A DNA stretch of 33,380 nucleotides, from IMG/VR virus record IMGVR_UViG_3300025101_000088, positions 1 to 33,380 of that record. One strand, written 5' to 3'. Under the pieces are notes generated by a model. That model saw only the letters and a program-made list of their open reading frames with translations, ran no database searches and was not told where the DNA came from. The translations under genes and the position numbers were made by a program. The number at the start of each line of letters is the position of its first letter. Position 1 is the first letter of the stretch. Below are positions 6,754-15,631 of this stretch, piece by piece. Origin of the DNA: a virus (Duplodnaviria; Caudoviricetes).

Positions 6754-6923
6754 AAGGTAGAAAAAGATTTACTCATGCCACTCTGCATATTACTCAGGCG
6801 AGGGACAGAATGGTTAGAGATCCGTGGCCTTGTATTTCACAATCCTTAGGAGCATCCATCCAGATTGCAAGGACGACGTCAAACCTAATACACGCCGCCC
6901 ATCAGAGGTTAACTTCTACCCCC
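6754..6923 (-). ncRNA. Candidate structured RNA
   Basis: Closing stem GGGGTAGAAG/TTTTCTACCTT and internal stems GGGCGGCGT/ACGTCGTCC and TTGCAATCT/GGATTGTGA. G-U pairs work only on the minus strand; lies in an intergenic gap. Confidence 0.45.
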
Positions 6924-6924
6924 T

Positions 6925-7188
6925 CTATCTCGGAACAGGATTAGTATCATCCTGTCCATACAAATACTGTAACCCAAAAAACGAAGATACTTGCTCATCA
7001 CAATCCATAACACGCAACTCTTCATTATCAATAATCCAAACTTGGTTATCAGGACGAAAGCATATCCTAGCATTTAGGTTATCTTTAATATCAAAAGCAC
7101 TGCACTCTGCAACAGTCGGGCTTGCCCAATCAAACGAAACAATTAGTTCCAGATTGCTTGGATCCCTTTCCAAAGCCTTATTATCCAT
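6925..7188 (-). CDS. Hypothetical protein
   Basis: 87-aa ORF with AAGGAGG RBS. Confidence 0.75.
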   Translation of the reverse strand: MDNKALERDPSNLELIVSFDWASPTVAECSAFDIKDNLNARICFRPDNQVWIIDNEELRVMDCDEQVSSFFGLQYLYGQDDTNPVPR

Positions 7189-7236
7189 CGGTCCCTCCTT
7201 GGGGTAGCTGTTAAAATATGTAGACCAACTAGGTGA

Positions 7237-7434
7237 TTAACCCCAGTCTTTGTGGTCCTCTTGGGCATGAAACGCATCATGATACTCCTTTACTTGAGCT
7301 TCGGTCATTTGTGGTGGCACAATACGCTCACCAACATATGTACCCTCAGGATAGTAATGGGGGGAGTACTTACGTTCATAGTAAGCATCTGCCCCACCAC
7401 GATCCGCTGGCGAACCATGCTTATGACACCTCAC
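7237..7434 (-). CDS. Conserved marine-phage small protein (HG.P.DRG.AD.YY type)
   Basis: HGSPADRGGADAYY...PHYYPEGTY...KDWG. GTG start at 7434 after GGGAG. Confidence 0.75.
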   Translation of the reverse strand: MRCHKHGSPADRGGADAYYERKYSPHYYPEGTYVGERIVPPQMTEAQVKEYHDAFHAQEDHKDWG

Positions 7435-7654
7435 GCTCAAGCTCCCTAGCCTCACGGTCTTGAGCAATACGCTCAGCACATAACATAGCTTCTTTATGCA
7501 CTTGCGGATACCGTGCCTCAACATAACCTTGATAAGCAAGTAACTCACCATACAAATAAGATAGATGCGTTATTTGCATGGCAGCATCTGCAATATCATG
7601 ATGAACACGAGTAAACTGCTCAAGATTCTCAATAAAATCTTTATTGGTTGTCAT
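7421..7654 (-). CDS. Hypothetical protein
   Basis: 77-aa ORF with AAGGAG RBS. Confidence 0.75.
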   Translation of the reverse strand: MTTNKDFIENLEQFTRVHHDIADAAMQITHLSYLYGELLAYQGYVEARYPQVHKEAMLCAERIAQDREARELEREVS

Positions 7655-7692
7655 GGCTTGCTCCTTTCTCTAACAATATGCCATAATTAAAT

Positions 7693-8019
7693 TTAAGTAT
7701 TTACAGCCTCATGTGCAAGCCGTAATTTATCACGCCGATAAATATTATAAATAAACTGTCGGCTTACACCATAATCATTTGCAATACTTTGGAAAGTCTC
7801 ACCAGCATCACGTCTATTGCGAATATCAATGCGACGAGCAGTAATCCAATCGGCATCTTGCCGCGTATGTCTAGCATCGGGTATATCTAAATTATATTGC
7901 ATCTTCCATCGAAGAACGGTCGGTGGTGCAATATCAAAATGATCGCGGAACTCTTTATGGCTACCGACGGTAGCTGCTACTTCACGCAATGCTTCTACAT
8001 CAATCGGAGTTTTTGGCAT
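7693..8019 (-). CDS. Double helix-turn-helix DNA-binding protein
   Basis: HKEFRDHFDIAPPTVLRW and GETFQSIANDYGVSRQFIYNI; GGAGG RBS before the ATG at 8019. Confidence 0.8.
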   Translation of the reverse strand: MPKTPIDVEALREVAATVGSHKEFRDHFDIAPPTVLRWKMQYNLDIPDARHTRQDADWITARRIDIRNRRDAGETFQSIANDYGVSRQFIYNIYRRDKLRLAHEAVNT

Positions 8020-8269
8020 CTTGCTCCTCCCAATATCCATCCGGCCTATCGTACGGATGTTTAGGTGTACTAGAATCACCAGACCGTAGCTTTGTCACTT
8101 TACGATCTGTCAGCACAGGATCTTGATGGTATGATCGTATATAGCGTTGCATTTCAGATAAGGAGAAAAAGAGTAATGGTCGCTGAACCATAGGTCCATC
8201 CAATAACCAGACTTTTTGTCCTGTATCAGTTATATTATCCGCGTGATATATTTCCCATATTGGCTTCAT
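8000..8269 (-). CDS. Hypothetical protein
   Basis: 89-aa ORF with AGGAGG RBS and ATGA overlap. Confidence 0.75.
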   Translation of the reverse strand: MKPIWEIYHADNITDTGQKVWLLDGPMVQRPLLFFSLSEMQRYIRSYHQDPVLTDRKVTKLRSGDSSTPKHPYDRPDGYWEEQDAKNSD

Positions 8270-8709
8270 GATGCTAACCTCCTAGCCATTACTGCATTGT
8301 AAGAACGAACACCCTGTGTCGTGATATGATAATAAAAAGGACGCGAACCTTGAAGGCGTTGTAAATCACCACGAGTACAAAGCGTTGATAGTATTTTAGA
8401 GGGGTCACACTCCTCAGCTAAATCATCAAAGTCATGCACACACATTGTTGCTCGTGTCTGTGCAAATTTAGCAAGTATCTTAGAAGTGTAGTTTTCATTT
8501 GTACGCATGGCAGTTCTTTTAACAGATTTTTTCTTACGCTTTATAGGAGCGGCTGGTATCATAGGTTTGAGATCAGCCAGCATTGGCATTTGTTTGATTA
8601 GCCATTGTATCTGACCACCGATACTACGGCACTCATGCTCGGCTATTTTTGCCAAAATATCGTATGTTTCAATATCAATAGAAACAGATTTAAATTTTGT
8701 AGTGTCCAT
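8266..8709 (-). CDS. Ribbon-helix-helix regulator with probable C-terminal winged helix
   Basis: KFKSVSIDIETYDILAKIAEHECRSIGGQIQWLI, a basic linker, then SKILSTLCTRGDLQR...YHITTQG. Confidence 0.75.
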   Translation of the reverse strand: MDTTKFKSVSIDIETYDILAKIAEHECRSIGGQIQWLIKQMPMLADLKPMIPAAPIKRKKKSVKRTAMRTNENYTSKILAKFAQTRATMCVHDFDDLAEECDPSKILSTLCTRGDLQRLQGSRPFYYHITTQGVRSYNAVMARRLAS

Positions 8710-8719
8710 ACTCTTTCTC

Positions 8720-9193
8720 CTATGCACACAAGTCGGTCATAAATTCAGGGATAGGCCGCTTAGTCCATTTGCAGAACTGATGCTTTTCCCCACGATAGTA
8801 ATCGCGATATGCAACCATAACATCATGATGTTTGTATTCATCAGGCATTGCTTGAGGGAAAGGTGTAAACCCTCGTGCTTTTAATGCTGGAGGCGCACAT
8901 CGCACCGCATACAATATTGCTTCGGAGTCATGGACTTTGCCGTAGCGATATGTGTATTCTTTGAATAAGTGATAACCCACACGCCAAGCTAGACGGTAAT
9001 TATCTATTGTCTGGCCTACCCACAGAGTGCAAGGGTGTTTATGATGAACAGGTAAATAAGGTGCTTCATTATTATGATGCCAATGAGTAGTGCATAACAT
9101 TTGCACCATCTCTAATGGCATCTTAACAACATGCTTATCACAGTGCATTTGAGCACACCGCTCTGGGTCTAATGATAACCAAAATATATTCAT
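8720..9193 (-). CDS. Pyrimidine-dimer DNA glycosylase (T4 endonuclease V-like family)
   Basis: MNIF.L..DP..CAQMHCDKHVVKM.LE..QML, HPCT.W, EY.YRYGK.H, QAMPD.YK, AYR.YY. Confidence 0.8.
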   Translation of the reverse strand: MNIFWLSLDPERCAQMHCDKHVVKMPLEMVQMLCTTHWHHNNEAPYLPVHHKHPCTLWVGQTIDNYRLAWRVGYHLFKEYTYRYGKVHDSEAILYAVRCAPPALKARGFTPFPQAMPDEYKHHDVMVAYRDYYRGEKHQFCKWTKRPIPEFMTDLCA

Positions 9194-9432
9194 AGCATAC
9201 GATCCTTGGGCAGTGGTAAGCTGACAGTAAGCAAGCGGTTAGGAGGCTGGCATACAGCGTACATGAGTACCCTGCGGTGCGGCTCCTCAGCTTTTAGTTT
9301 GCGTATTGCCATACTGCAATCCTGTAAATCATCGTAACGCCATGTGCTGTACTTGGCGCGACCATGAAACTCCGTAATTGTGTAATAGACTACATGGCTG
9401 AACATGTAGTCTTCATATTGTTGCCAATCCAT
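9190..9432 (-). CDS. Hypothetical protein
   Basis: ORF with AAAGGT RBS before the ATG at 9432; ATGA overlap downstream. Confidence 0.7.
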   Translation of the reverse strand: MDWQQYEDYMFSHVVYYTITEFHGRAKYSTWRYDDLQDCSMAIRKLKAEEPHRRVLMYAVCQPPNRLLTVSLPLPKDRML

Positions 9433-9520
9433 AAGCAAACCTTTCTACGTTTAGCTTAATTATAGTAACATAACTATTTACAGGATTGCACTCTTGGCAC
9501 TAAAAAAGTTATCTTTTTTA

Positions 9521-10051
9521 TCAAACGCTTAAATTATAATGGGTTAGGACTTTATTTACTGGCTCAAAATCATCTAAATCACTAAATTTTTTGTACAGAT
9601 AATTGATGCCTGTATGCATTATCACTTTCATCTGGTCACTTTGATTTGAATGACGATGGGAATAGAGCACGAGCTCAAGCATATCTGCCATTTTTAATCT
9701 ATTCTTTTCTTCTGGCGATAAAACAAAAGTCAGTCCAAGGTCATCCATCACTTTCTTTTCTGCTCTTTCAAATGCTTTTTGCACTTCAGGATAAGACCAT
9801 TTAGCTGTAGCTGGTATATCCCCTAGTATCAACTCTGGAACATCATGGTACAAAGAAGCCATGATTAGTTGTTTTGTACTATCAGGCCAAAGCTGGTCAA
9901 TCAATATACTTACTGCGTATGAATGTGCTCCCACTGTCTGTCTCTCTGCTTGCATTGCTACTGTGTGGAAGCGCAATAGAAATTGAGCATCCCACGCTGT
10001 TGTCAAAGTTTTAATGTTCGGTATTATCTTGCATTGGCGTCCCGCCATCAC
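9521..10051 (-). CDS. HD-domain 5'-deoxynucleotidase (YfbR-like)
   Basis: RFH...QTVGAHS...LYHDVPE...GDIP...K...LK.AD.LE. Confidence 0.88.
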   Translation of the reverse strand: MMAGRQCKIIPNIKTLTTAWDAQFLLRFHTVAMQAERQTVGAHSYAVSILIDQLWPDSTKQLIMASLYHDVPELILGDIPATAKWSYPEVQKAFERAEKKVMDDLGLTFVLSPEEKNRLKMADMLELVLYSHRHSNQSDQMKVIMHTGINYLYKKFSDLDDFEPVNKVLTHYNLSV

Positions 10052-11930
10052 TTACCCCTCTTGTCCACGGCTTATCACTAAATGTCTTTTTAGCTTCACC
10101 CCAACTTGGACCGAACTCTGCATCTACTACACTTGGTATTTGCATATCAACACAATCCTGCATTATTTCTTTTATTTTCAAACCTACATCGGGTTCAGCC
10201 ACAGATATATCTAATTCATCATGCACTTGTATGAGCGGCACTATCCCTTCTTTATGCAAAGCTACCATCGCAGCTTTAGTTTGGTCAGCCGCGCTACCCT
10301 GTATCAATCTATTAAGTGCTTTATATGTAAAGGAACGTTTGATAGCTGGACCATGTTCAGCGTATGCATCCTCATAACTCATGGGTTTAGCTGTCCCATA
10401 AGCATTCGGTTCCCATTTATTAAACCTACATTTCCTACCGAGCAGTGTGCGTATCACACCTTTATTAGAGGCACGGTTGACTACATAATCTGCAAGCTGT
10501 TGAACAAAAGGAACTTTACCATGATACTCGGCAAATAAATCCTTTGCATCACTAAACTCTAATCCTAATTGTTCAGCCAATTTGTTTTTACCCATCCCAT
10601 AGAATAAACCGAGGTTTATATCTTTAGCTTGTTTACGAGGCACTCCTACAATATCGGCAGCCATTTGATGGAAGTCTGTATTAGCATCTACATTGTACTG
10701 GTCAGCAAACTCTTGTGCGCCTGTCAGTTTTAGTAAACTAGCATAATGAACAACGAGCCGTGGTTCTTGGCTACTATAATCAAAAGCACCCCATAGCTCA
10801 CCCTCTTCAGGTAAAAATAATCCGCGTATCATTGGACCTATCTCAGCATTCCGTGCTGGCACTTGTTGTAGATTAGGATTGCTGTAACTAAACCTACCTG
10901 TCACTGTGCCACCATCATCACTTCGTAAGCTATGCGCTTCAGCATGGATGCGACCATTGTGCTGATGCTTTAGTATAGTATCGATAAAGGTGGTTCTAGC
11001 TTTATTCAGCTCACGAGCTCGAACCACAGCCTGAGGAAGTGCATGGGCATGGTTGGCTAGAAAGTTTTTAGTAAAGCTGGGTTGTCCTGATTTAGGAGTT
11101 TTAGGGTATCGCAACCCTTGTGCATCAAATGCTTTTGCGATACTTGCCGCTGCCCATATATCAATATCCTGACCGCCAGCATCATGTAAAACCTTTTCCT
11201 CTTCTTTTTGCAGATATACTTTTAACTCTTCTGCCTTACCTAAATCAACACGCACACCCTTCTTACGCATCTCAAATACAACTTTGAGTACATTTAGTTC
11301 TAAATCAAATATATCTGCCACATCTTCTTTGAGTATGAGACCCTTGAAGAACTGCCATAATTTCAGTGTAAGTGCTGCATCCTGTTCTGCATACGCACCG
11401 ACAAAATGCGCTGGTAATTTGTACATCTCACTCTTAGCATTTACACCAAATGATTGTGCGGCTTCGTACAAATCACGCTCACTCTTGCGTTCATTAAGAT
11501 AATCTCTACCGAGTGCATTGAGTGCATAACTAAATCTGTTTTCATCCAGTAGTGCGGCTACAATCATTGTATCCACTATTCGGCCTTTTACTTCTATACC
11601 TTCAGCCCACAGCCATCCAAGATCATACATAGCATTGTGCATAATGTAATCACGCTCAACAGAACATACTTCTGCCAACCATCGCATGGTTTGTTTTGGA
11701 TCAAGGTTACTACCATTATCATGTCGTATAGGAAAATACCAAGCTGTACCCTCTACTGCTACGGCTACCCCAATGATGTAACCATCCTTACGAGGCCATC
11801 CGCTACCACGAGATGTGAGATTAGGGTCGCATGTTTCTAAATCAATAGATACTTCCCTAGCTTCTGACAGGTCGGGATAACCATCGGGCATAACCCACTC
11901 AGTCGGCGGTGTGAACAAGGGGAACTGCAT
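10011..11930 (-). CDS. polA: DNA polymerase family A with 3'-5' exonuclease
   Basis: Exonuclease motifs DLET, HNAMYD, YAEQDA; TGRFS..NPNLQQVP; motif A DYSSQEPR; motif B RKQAKDINLGLFYG; motif C VHDEL. Confidence 0.97.
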   Translation of the reverse strand: MQFPLFTPPTEWVMPDGYPDLSEAREVSIDLETCDPNLTSRGSGWPRKDGYIIGVAVAVEGTAWYFPIRHDNGSNLDPKQTMRWLAEVCSVERDYIMHNAMYDLGWLWAEGIEVKGRIVDTMIVAALLDENRFSYALNALGRDYLNERKSERDLYEAAQSFGVNAKSEMYKLPAHFVGAYAEQDAALTLKLWQFFKGLILKEDVADIFDLELNVLKVVFEMRKKGVRVDLGKAEELKVYLQKEEEKVLHDAGGQDIDIWAAASIAKAFDAQGLRYPKTPKSGQPSFTKNFLANHAHALPQAVVRARELNKARTTFIDTILKHQHNGRIHAEAHSLRSDDGGTVTGRFSYSNPNLQQVPARNAEIGPMIRGLFLPEEGELWGAFDYSSQEPRLVVHYASLLKLTGAQEFADQYNVDANTDFHQMAADIVGVPRKQAKDINLGLFYGMGKNKLAEQLGLEFSDAKDLFAEYHGKVPFVQQLADYVVNRASNKGVIRTLLGRKCRFNKWEPNAYGTAKPMSYEDAYAEHGPAIKRSFTYKALNRLIQGSAADQTKAAMVALHKEGIVPLIQVHDELDISVAEPDVGLKIKEIMQDCVDMQIPSVVDAEFGPSWGEAKKTFSDKPWTRGVSDGGTPMQDNTEH

Positions 11931-12072
11931 CTCTTACCTTTATTTTCATAGGTTGATTACATTTAGAACAATGAGGCCATTTATTTTTAAGAGCACGGAA
12001 GGTCATAACTCTGCTATCCCTTCCACACTCACACTCAGCCAATACTTCTTTATCTAGCTTTTCGTTTACCAT
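11899..12072 (-). CDS. 57-aa zinc-ribbon protein (absent from the supplied ORF track)
   Basis: MVNEKLDKEVLAECECGRDSRVMTFRALKNKWPHCSKCNQPMKIKVRDAVPLVHTAD fills the gap and overlaps both neighbours; CxC and CxxC. Confidence 0.7.
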   Translation of the reverse strand: MVNEKLDKEVLAECECGRDSRVMTFRALKNKWPHCSKCNQPMKIKVRDAVPLVHTAD

Positions 12073-12463
12073 TTTGTCTCATGTATACTTCAGCTTCCAC
12101 TAGAAACAGATAACGCCGTAAGTCTCGTATATCATCCAATACACCTTCCTCACGATCATCATAAGTTATAGCTTGAAATATATCATAACCCTGCTCGGTT
12201 ACTTGTTTTTCAAGCCGATCCCATTTACGAGCCAGCATCATAAATGCACCGACACCGCCACGTTGTTTCCAACTATCACCGTAAGATTGCTCAGCTTCTT
12301 CTAACTTTACATGATCTATTACGGTGAGCTTACCAACTTGTTTTATAATAGGGCTTTGTTCTTTTGGTTGTGGTTCTTTATCTTTTACCATTACATCATA
12401 TTCCTTCCAATCCAGCTCACGCATACGGCGAATCATGTATTGTTCGTAACTTTCTCGTCCCAT
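12050..12463 (-). CDS. Nucleotide-modification-associated protein (DUF1599/Nmad1-like, all-alpha NTP pyrophosphatase-like)
   Basis: SYGDSWKQRGGVGAFMMLARKWDRLE...DDIRDLRRYL; adjacent to the thymidylate-synthase homolog. Confidence 0.7.
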   Translation of the reverse strand: MGRESYEQYMIRRMRELDWKEYDVMVKDKEPQPKEQSPIIKQVGKLTVIDHVKLEEAEQSYGDSWKQRGGVGAFMMLARKWDRLEKQVTEQGYDIFQAITYDDREEGVLDDIRDLRRYLFLVEAEVYMRQNGKRKAR

Positions 12464-13461
12464 TTTTCTCTCCTACGCTCAAGCCATTCCCAAGTGGCTA
12501 AATGCCAATCGTCAGGCTTTATGTCTGCACAATGGTCAAAAGCTAAAGCTAATTCTTTAGCTTTCCATGCTTGCCAGACTTTGTGCATAGGTTGTGCCAA
12601 ATCAGAAAAAGTGGAGTTAATATATGGTCTTGGCCTTTCAGGGTCTTCAATAAACCAACTAAGCTCTTCATCAAATGATTCTATATTATTTACAAGAGCA
12701 TCTGGCCTGATCATGCGCGTATTATAGGCTTCATAATCAGGCAGCATACCATCTAGCTTTTTTAATACTTCTGTATAAGCATGAAGATTATTACTAAACT
12801 GTGTGTATATACCAACACTCGCGCCGATACGTGAGGCTATATACTCTTGAAGAATGGACATATGGACAGCATTAGCTCCTAATGCACCCCAGATCATATC
12901 ATTACTGCGGTTGCATACTGTCATATCAAGTATATTGTCGCGCACATTAAAATAAATATGAGTATTACAAGGATGGTCTTTACAGCTATTACTCATTCGT
13001 AAATCACCTTCGGCATCCCACATTGCAAGCACCGCTCGTCTATCATTTGTATGCGTCATCAATCTATGAACGATTACATCAATTTGGTCACGATGGAAGT
13101 AATTACGCCAACGATATCCATAAGCTCCCTGTAATACTTTACCATCATCACTATACTCACTCATCCGTGCATTATAACGCTGTATCCATGCAAGGTCATT
13201 ACGCCCTGCTAACATCCACAGGCTTTCCATAAAATGAAATATAGGATTAGCATCACGCTCAGGATAAAACAGTACACGCTCGCGTGGGCTGTTGTAGACA
13301 ATGGCACATGGCTCACGGAACTCAATCGCTTTACCATTACGCGTCTCTACTTCTACACCATCTGCTTCTAATGCTTGCTTCACAACATACAGTGCTTCGC
13401 TTACATTTGTGACTGTGAAAGTATGTACACCCCTCATAGGTGCTTTACCAAATAATGCCAT
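12433..13461 (-). CDS. Thymidylate-synthase-fold dUMP hydroxymethylase (5-hmdUMP synthase)
   Basis: TRNG, AYGYRW, RRAVLAMWD, catalytic PC, RSNDMIWGALGAN (Asn at the dUMP-specificity position), NLHAY; clustered with a 5-hmdU kinase. Confidence 0.88.
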   Translation of the reverse strand: MALFGKAPMRGVHTFTVTNVSEALYVVKQALEADGVEVETRNGKAIEFREPCAIVYNSPRERVLFYPERDANPIFHFMESLWMLAGRNDLAWIQRYNARMSEYSDDGKVLQGAYGYRWRNYFHRDQIDVIVHRLMTHTNDRRAVLAMWDAEGDLRMSNSCKDHPCNTHIYFNVRDNILDMTVCNRSNDMIWGALGANAVHMSILQEYIASRIGASVGIYTQFSNNLHAYTEVLKKLDGMLPDYEAYNTRMIRPDALVNNIESFDEELSWFIEDPERPRPYINSTFSDLAQPMHKVWQAWKAKELALAFDHCADIKPDDWHLATWEWLERRREKWDEKVTNNT

Positions 13462-13488
13462 ATTAAACCGCCTTTCTATGGGGTTATA

Positions 13489-13506
13489 AAGCCGCTCGAG
13501 CGGCCT
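13489..13506. repeat. Perfect 14-bp palindrome / hairpin GCCGCTCGAGCGGC
   Basis: 13491-13504, in the gap between the radical SAM and hydroxymethylase genes; followed by TTT on the minus strand. Confidence 0.55.
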
Positions 13507-13544
13507 GAATTAACTTGCCCTAACCTACTACTAAAAGCAACCCT

Positions 13545-14564
13545 CTAGCTGTCTGAGTAGCCCTTAATAAAGTCATAATGTTTCTTTACTCTTTTGGTGT
13601 ATGTGCCTCCAGCCAATGCTTCTTTAATTGCAGTATTTGTTTCCTCCGTAGGCTCGGGTAACGTCTTACGTCCCATACGGTCAGGTAACAATCCATTACG
13701 AAGAGTGGTATTGTCACAGCCATTGCAAGGACCGAATTTACGGTCTCCGTTATACAACTTTTGCCGCGCTGCATGAAAAGCCTTCCCCTGCCATACTTCT
13801 TCTATAGGTGTATCAATTACATTGCCACACTTGTACCATCCTACCCAATCATTACAGCATATAGCAACATTACCATCCCAGCGTATAGACATCTCACGGA
13901 AAGGTTTTGCACAACGCTTACCATCTTGTTCATGGTTTAAAGGGAAAGAGTTACCAGCGTGGTTACTGACTTGTGCGTGGGTTCCGCTAGTAGCGAGCGT
14001 AAGATCAAGTCCAACAACGATATGATGTTCTGTAACCTTTCTTCGTCGGTGGGGGTTGGCGTCACGTTCAGCGGGATATTCAAATACGGGATATGGACCA
14101 TTGTATCTCTCCTTTATTTTGTCCACTATTTTTATGCGATCATAATTGTCAAGGAATAAAACATTTAGCCCTGCTTCCATCAACATATTTACACTTTTCT
14201 GTGTATCTCTTAATAAACCACCACCATTACTGGTCATCATCAAAGGTGTTTTAGGTAACTCCTGTCGGAACAGCCGTATCATATCAATAAAGAAGGGGTG
14301 CATGGTTGGCTCACCATGCATGGCAAACTCTAATCGTGGGTTCCATTTAGCTTCTTTAATGCGGCTGCAGATAGCCCTAGCCCTTTCTATCGTAAGATAT
14401 GAGTAAGGAGCAGAGGCTTTACCATGAATGTTTTGTGGACCATCGGCATTATTCTCACGTATCGCTTGTATACCGCAAAAAGAACAAGCAAGGTTACATC
14501 CCTCAGTTAATTCTATTTGTATAGAATTAGGTGGGTCTTGATAATGGTTAGATACAGTTGCCAT
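13545..14564 (-). CDS. Radical SAM protein with SPASM/Twitch domain
   Basis: CNLACSFC, HGEP, TSNG; C-terminal CAKPF..MSIRWDGNVAICCND...GNV...W...PCNGC. Start at 14564 or 14597. Confidence 0.92.
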   Translation of the reverse strand: MATVSNHYQDPPNSIQIELTEGCNLACSFCGIQAIRENNADGPQNIHGKASAPYSYLTIERARAICSRIKEAKWNPRLEFAMHGEPTMHPFFIDMIRLFRQELPKTPLMMTSNGGGLLRDTQKSVNMLMEAGLNVLFLDNYDRIKIVDKIKERYNGPYPVFEYPAERDANPHRRRKVTEHHIVVGLDLTLATSGTHAQVSNHAGNSFPLNHEQDGKRCAKPFREMSIRWDGNVAICCNDWVGWYKCGNVIDTPIEEVWQGKAFHAARQKLYNGDRKFGPCNGCDNTTLRNGLLPDRMGRKTLPEPTEETNTAIKEALAGGTYTKRVKKHYDFIKGYSDS

Positions 14565-15333
14565 CTTTAGCAGCCTTTCGCCATTGTACGCGAACATCCC
14601 AACGTGTTTTCATACCCTCCCAACCTGTTTTAGTTTCTTTCTGTACAGCTTTTACATAATCAGGAAACTTTTCAGCAAGGGCAAGGCTCGCACGTTCTTG
14701 TAACTCTGCATTGCGGTATGAACTACAGCCACCAGCAGCACCTGAAGCACCACGCTGATCCCATGTCCAATCAACAATTACAGCATTACCATGACCATGC
14801 TTAAATAACTCAAGTGTAACGTAATAATCTTCCATAAGCTCCATAGTATCATAACGTATGCCCAACCCATGAATAATTTCAGGACGTATGGCGTGAACAG
14901 CATTTTGTCGCATACCATACTTAACTGTATCAGGGAAGTGCTTATCATTCATTTGCCTTGGGCTAAGTCCCACATGAGTAAAGTTATTCAACAACCACTC
15001 CATGCGCTCCCATAACTCATGCATCTCTTCTTGATTTGTTTTTCTTAAGTTGGGAGCCAGCCCATGTATGCGGCGACCAAATATAAGATCATCATCCAGA
15101 ATAATAATTTTATCATGCTTCTGCTCCACGGCATGTTCTAATATGAACTGCCTTACATTATTGATACCTTTTAAATCACCACGATTTAAACAATACCGAC
15201 CCTGTCTCGTATGCCAGTTTACTTCATCTTGTGGGCATACAAGAACAGCATGCTCTCTGCCCTCAGGACCAATGCTTTGCCAAGTAACTTGGTTATTCAT
15301 CCTGCCCCTAGTTGGAATATATATTGGTATCAT
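14548..15333 (-). CDS. GT-A fold DNA glycosyltransferase (TET-associated / base J glucosyltransferase-like)
   Basis: IYIPTRGR, GI..VRQFI, IIILDDD (DxD), EDYYVTL, GGCS.YR. Confidence 0.82.
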   Translation of the reverse strand: MIPIYIPTRGRMNNQVTWQSIGPEGREHAVLVCPQDEVNWHTRQGRYCLNRGDLKGINNVRQFILEHAVEQKHDKIIILDDDLIFGRRIHGLAPNLRKTNQEEMHELWERMEWLLNNFTHVGLSPRQMNDKHFPDTVKYGMRQNAVHAIRPEIIHGLGIRYDTMELMEDYYVTLELFKHGHGNAVIVDWTWDQRGASGAAGGCSSYRNAELQERASLALAEKFPDYVKAVQKETKTGWEGMKTRWDVRVQWRKAAKDGNCI

Positions 15334-15629
15334 ATCTCATCCTCATCAAACCTTACTTGCCCTTCAAGCACTGCCCTTTCTAATTCTTCATCACTCATGT
15401 AATCGAGCTCAAACATCGTTTGTTTTCTTTTTGGTTTTAACACTCGTTTTCTGGTTTTGGGTTTTGGCTCTGCTTTCGGCTTCGGCTTCGGCGGCTCTTG
15501 CGGCTCTAATAGTTCCAATGTCCGATAATTGTATTTGCATTTCGGACAGTTCCTCTTCCTCCGTATTGTGCCTTGATAAGGACGACTGTCTACGACCTCG
15601 GATTTGCCATTGCATTTTGGACACAACAT
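15330..15629 (-). CDS. NrdR N-terminal-like zinc ribbon protein, no ATP cone
   Basis: CPKC...SEVVDSR.....IRRKRNCPKC...YRTLE, then a Pro/Lys linker and an acidic tail. Confidence 0.8.
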   Translation of the reverse strand: MLCPKCNGKSEVVDSRPYQGTIRRKRNCPKCKYNYRTLELLEPQEPPKPKPKAEPKPKTRKRVLKPKRKQTMFELDYMSDEELERAVLEGQVRFDEDEI

Positions 15630-15631
15630 AA

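Noticed and set aside
6830-6910. Hammerhead ribozyme (CTGATG...GAAA on the minus strand)
   Set aside because: The core reads CUGAUGG rather than CUGAUGA, and no stem III/UH cleavage site could be built.
6824-7207. Plus-strand 127-aa ORF
   Set aside because: It overlaps the RBS-supported minus-strand gene 6925..7188 and has no recognisable motif.
9521-11930. Z-genome (2-aminoadenine) system from HD hydrolase plus PolA
   Set aside because: There is no PurZ homolog in the window, and the neighbouring genes point to hmU chemistry.
12433-13461. T4-type dCMP hydroxymethylase with glucosylated hmC
   Set aside because: The specificity position after RSND..WG is Asn (dUMP-type), not Asp, and a 5-hmdU kinase is co-encoded.
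15330-15629. Full nrdR repressor
   Set aside because: Only the zinc ribbon is present; there is no ATP cone.
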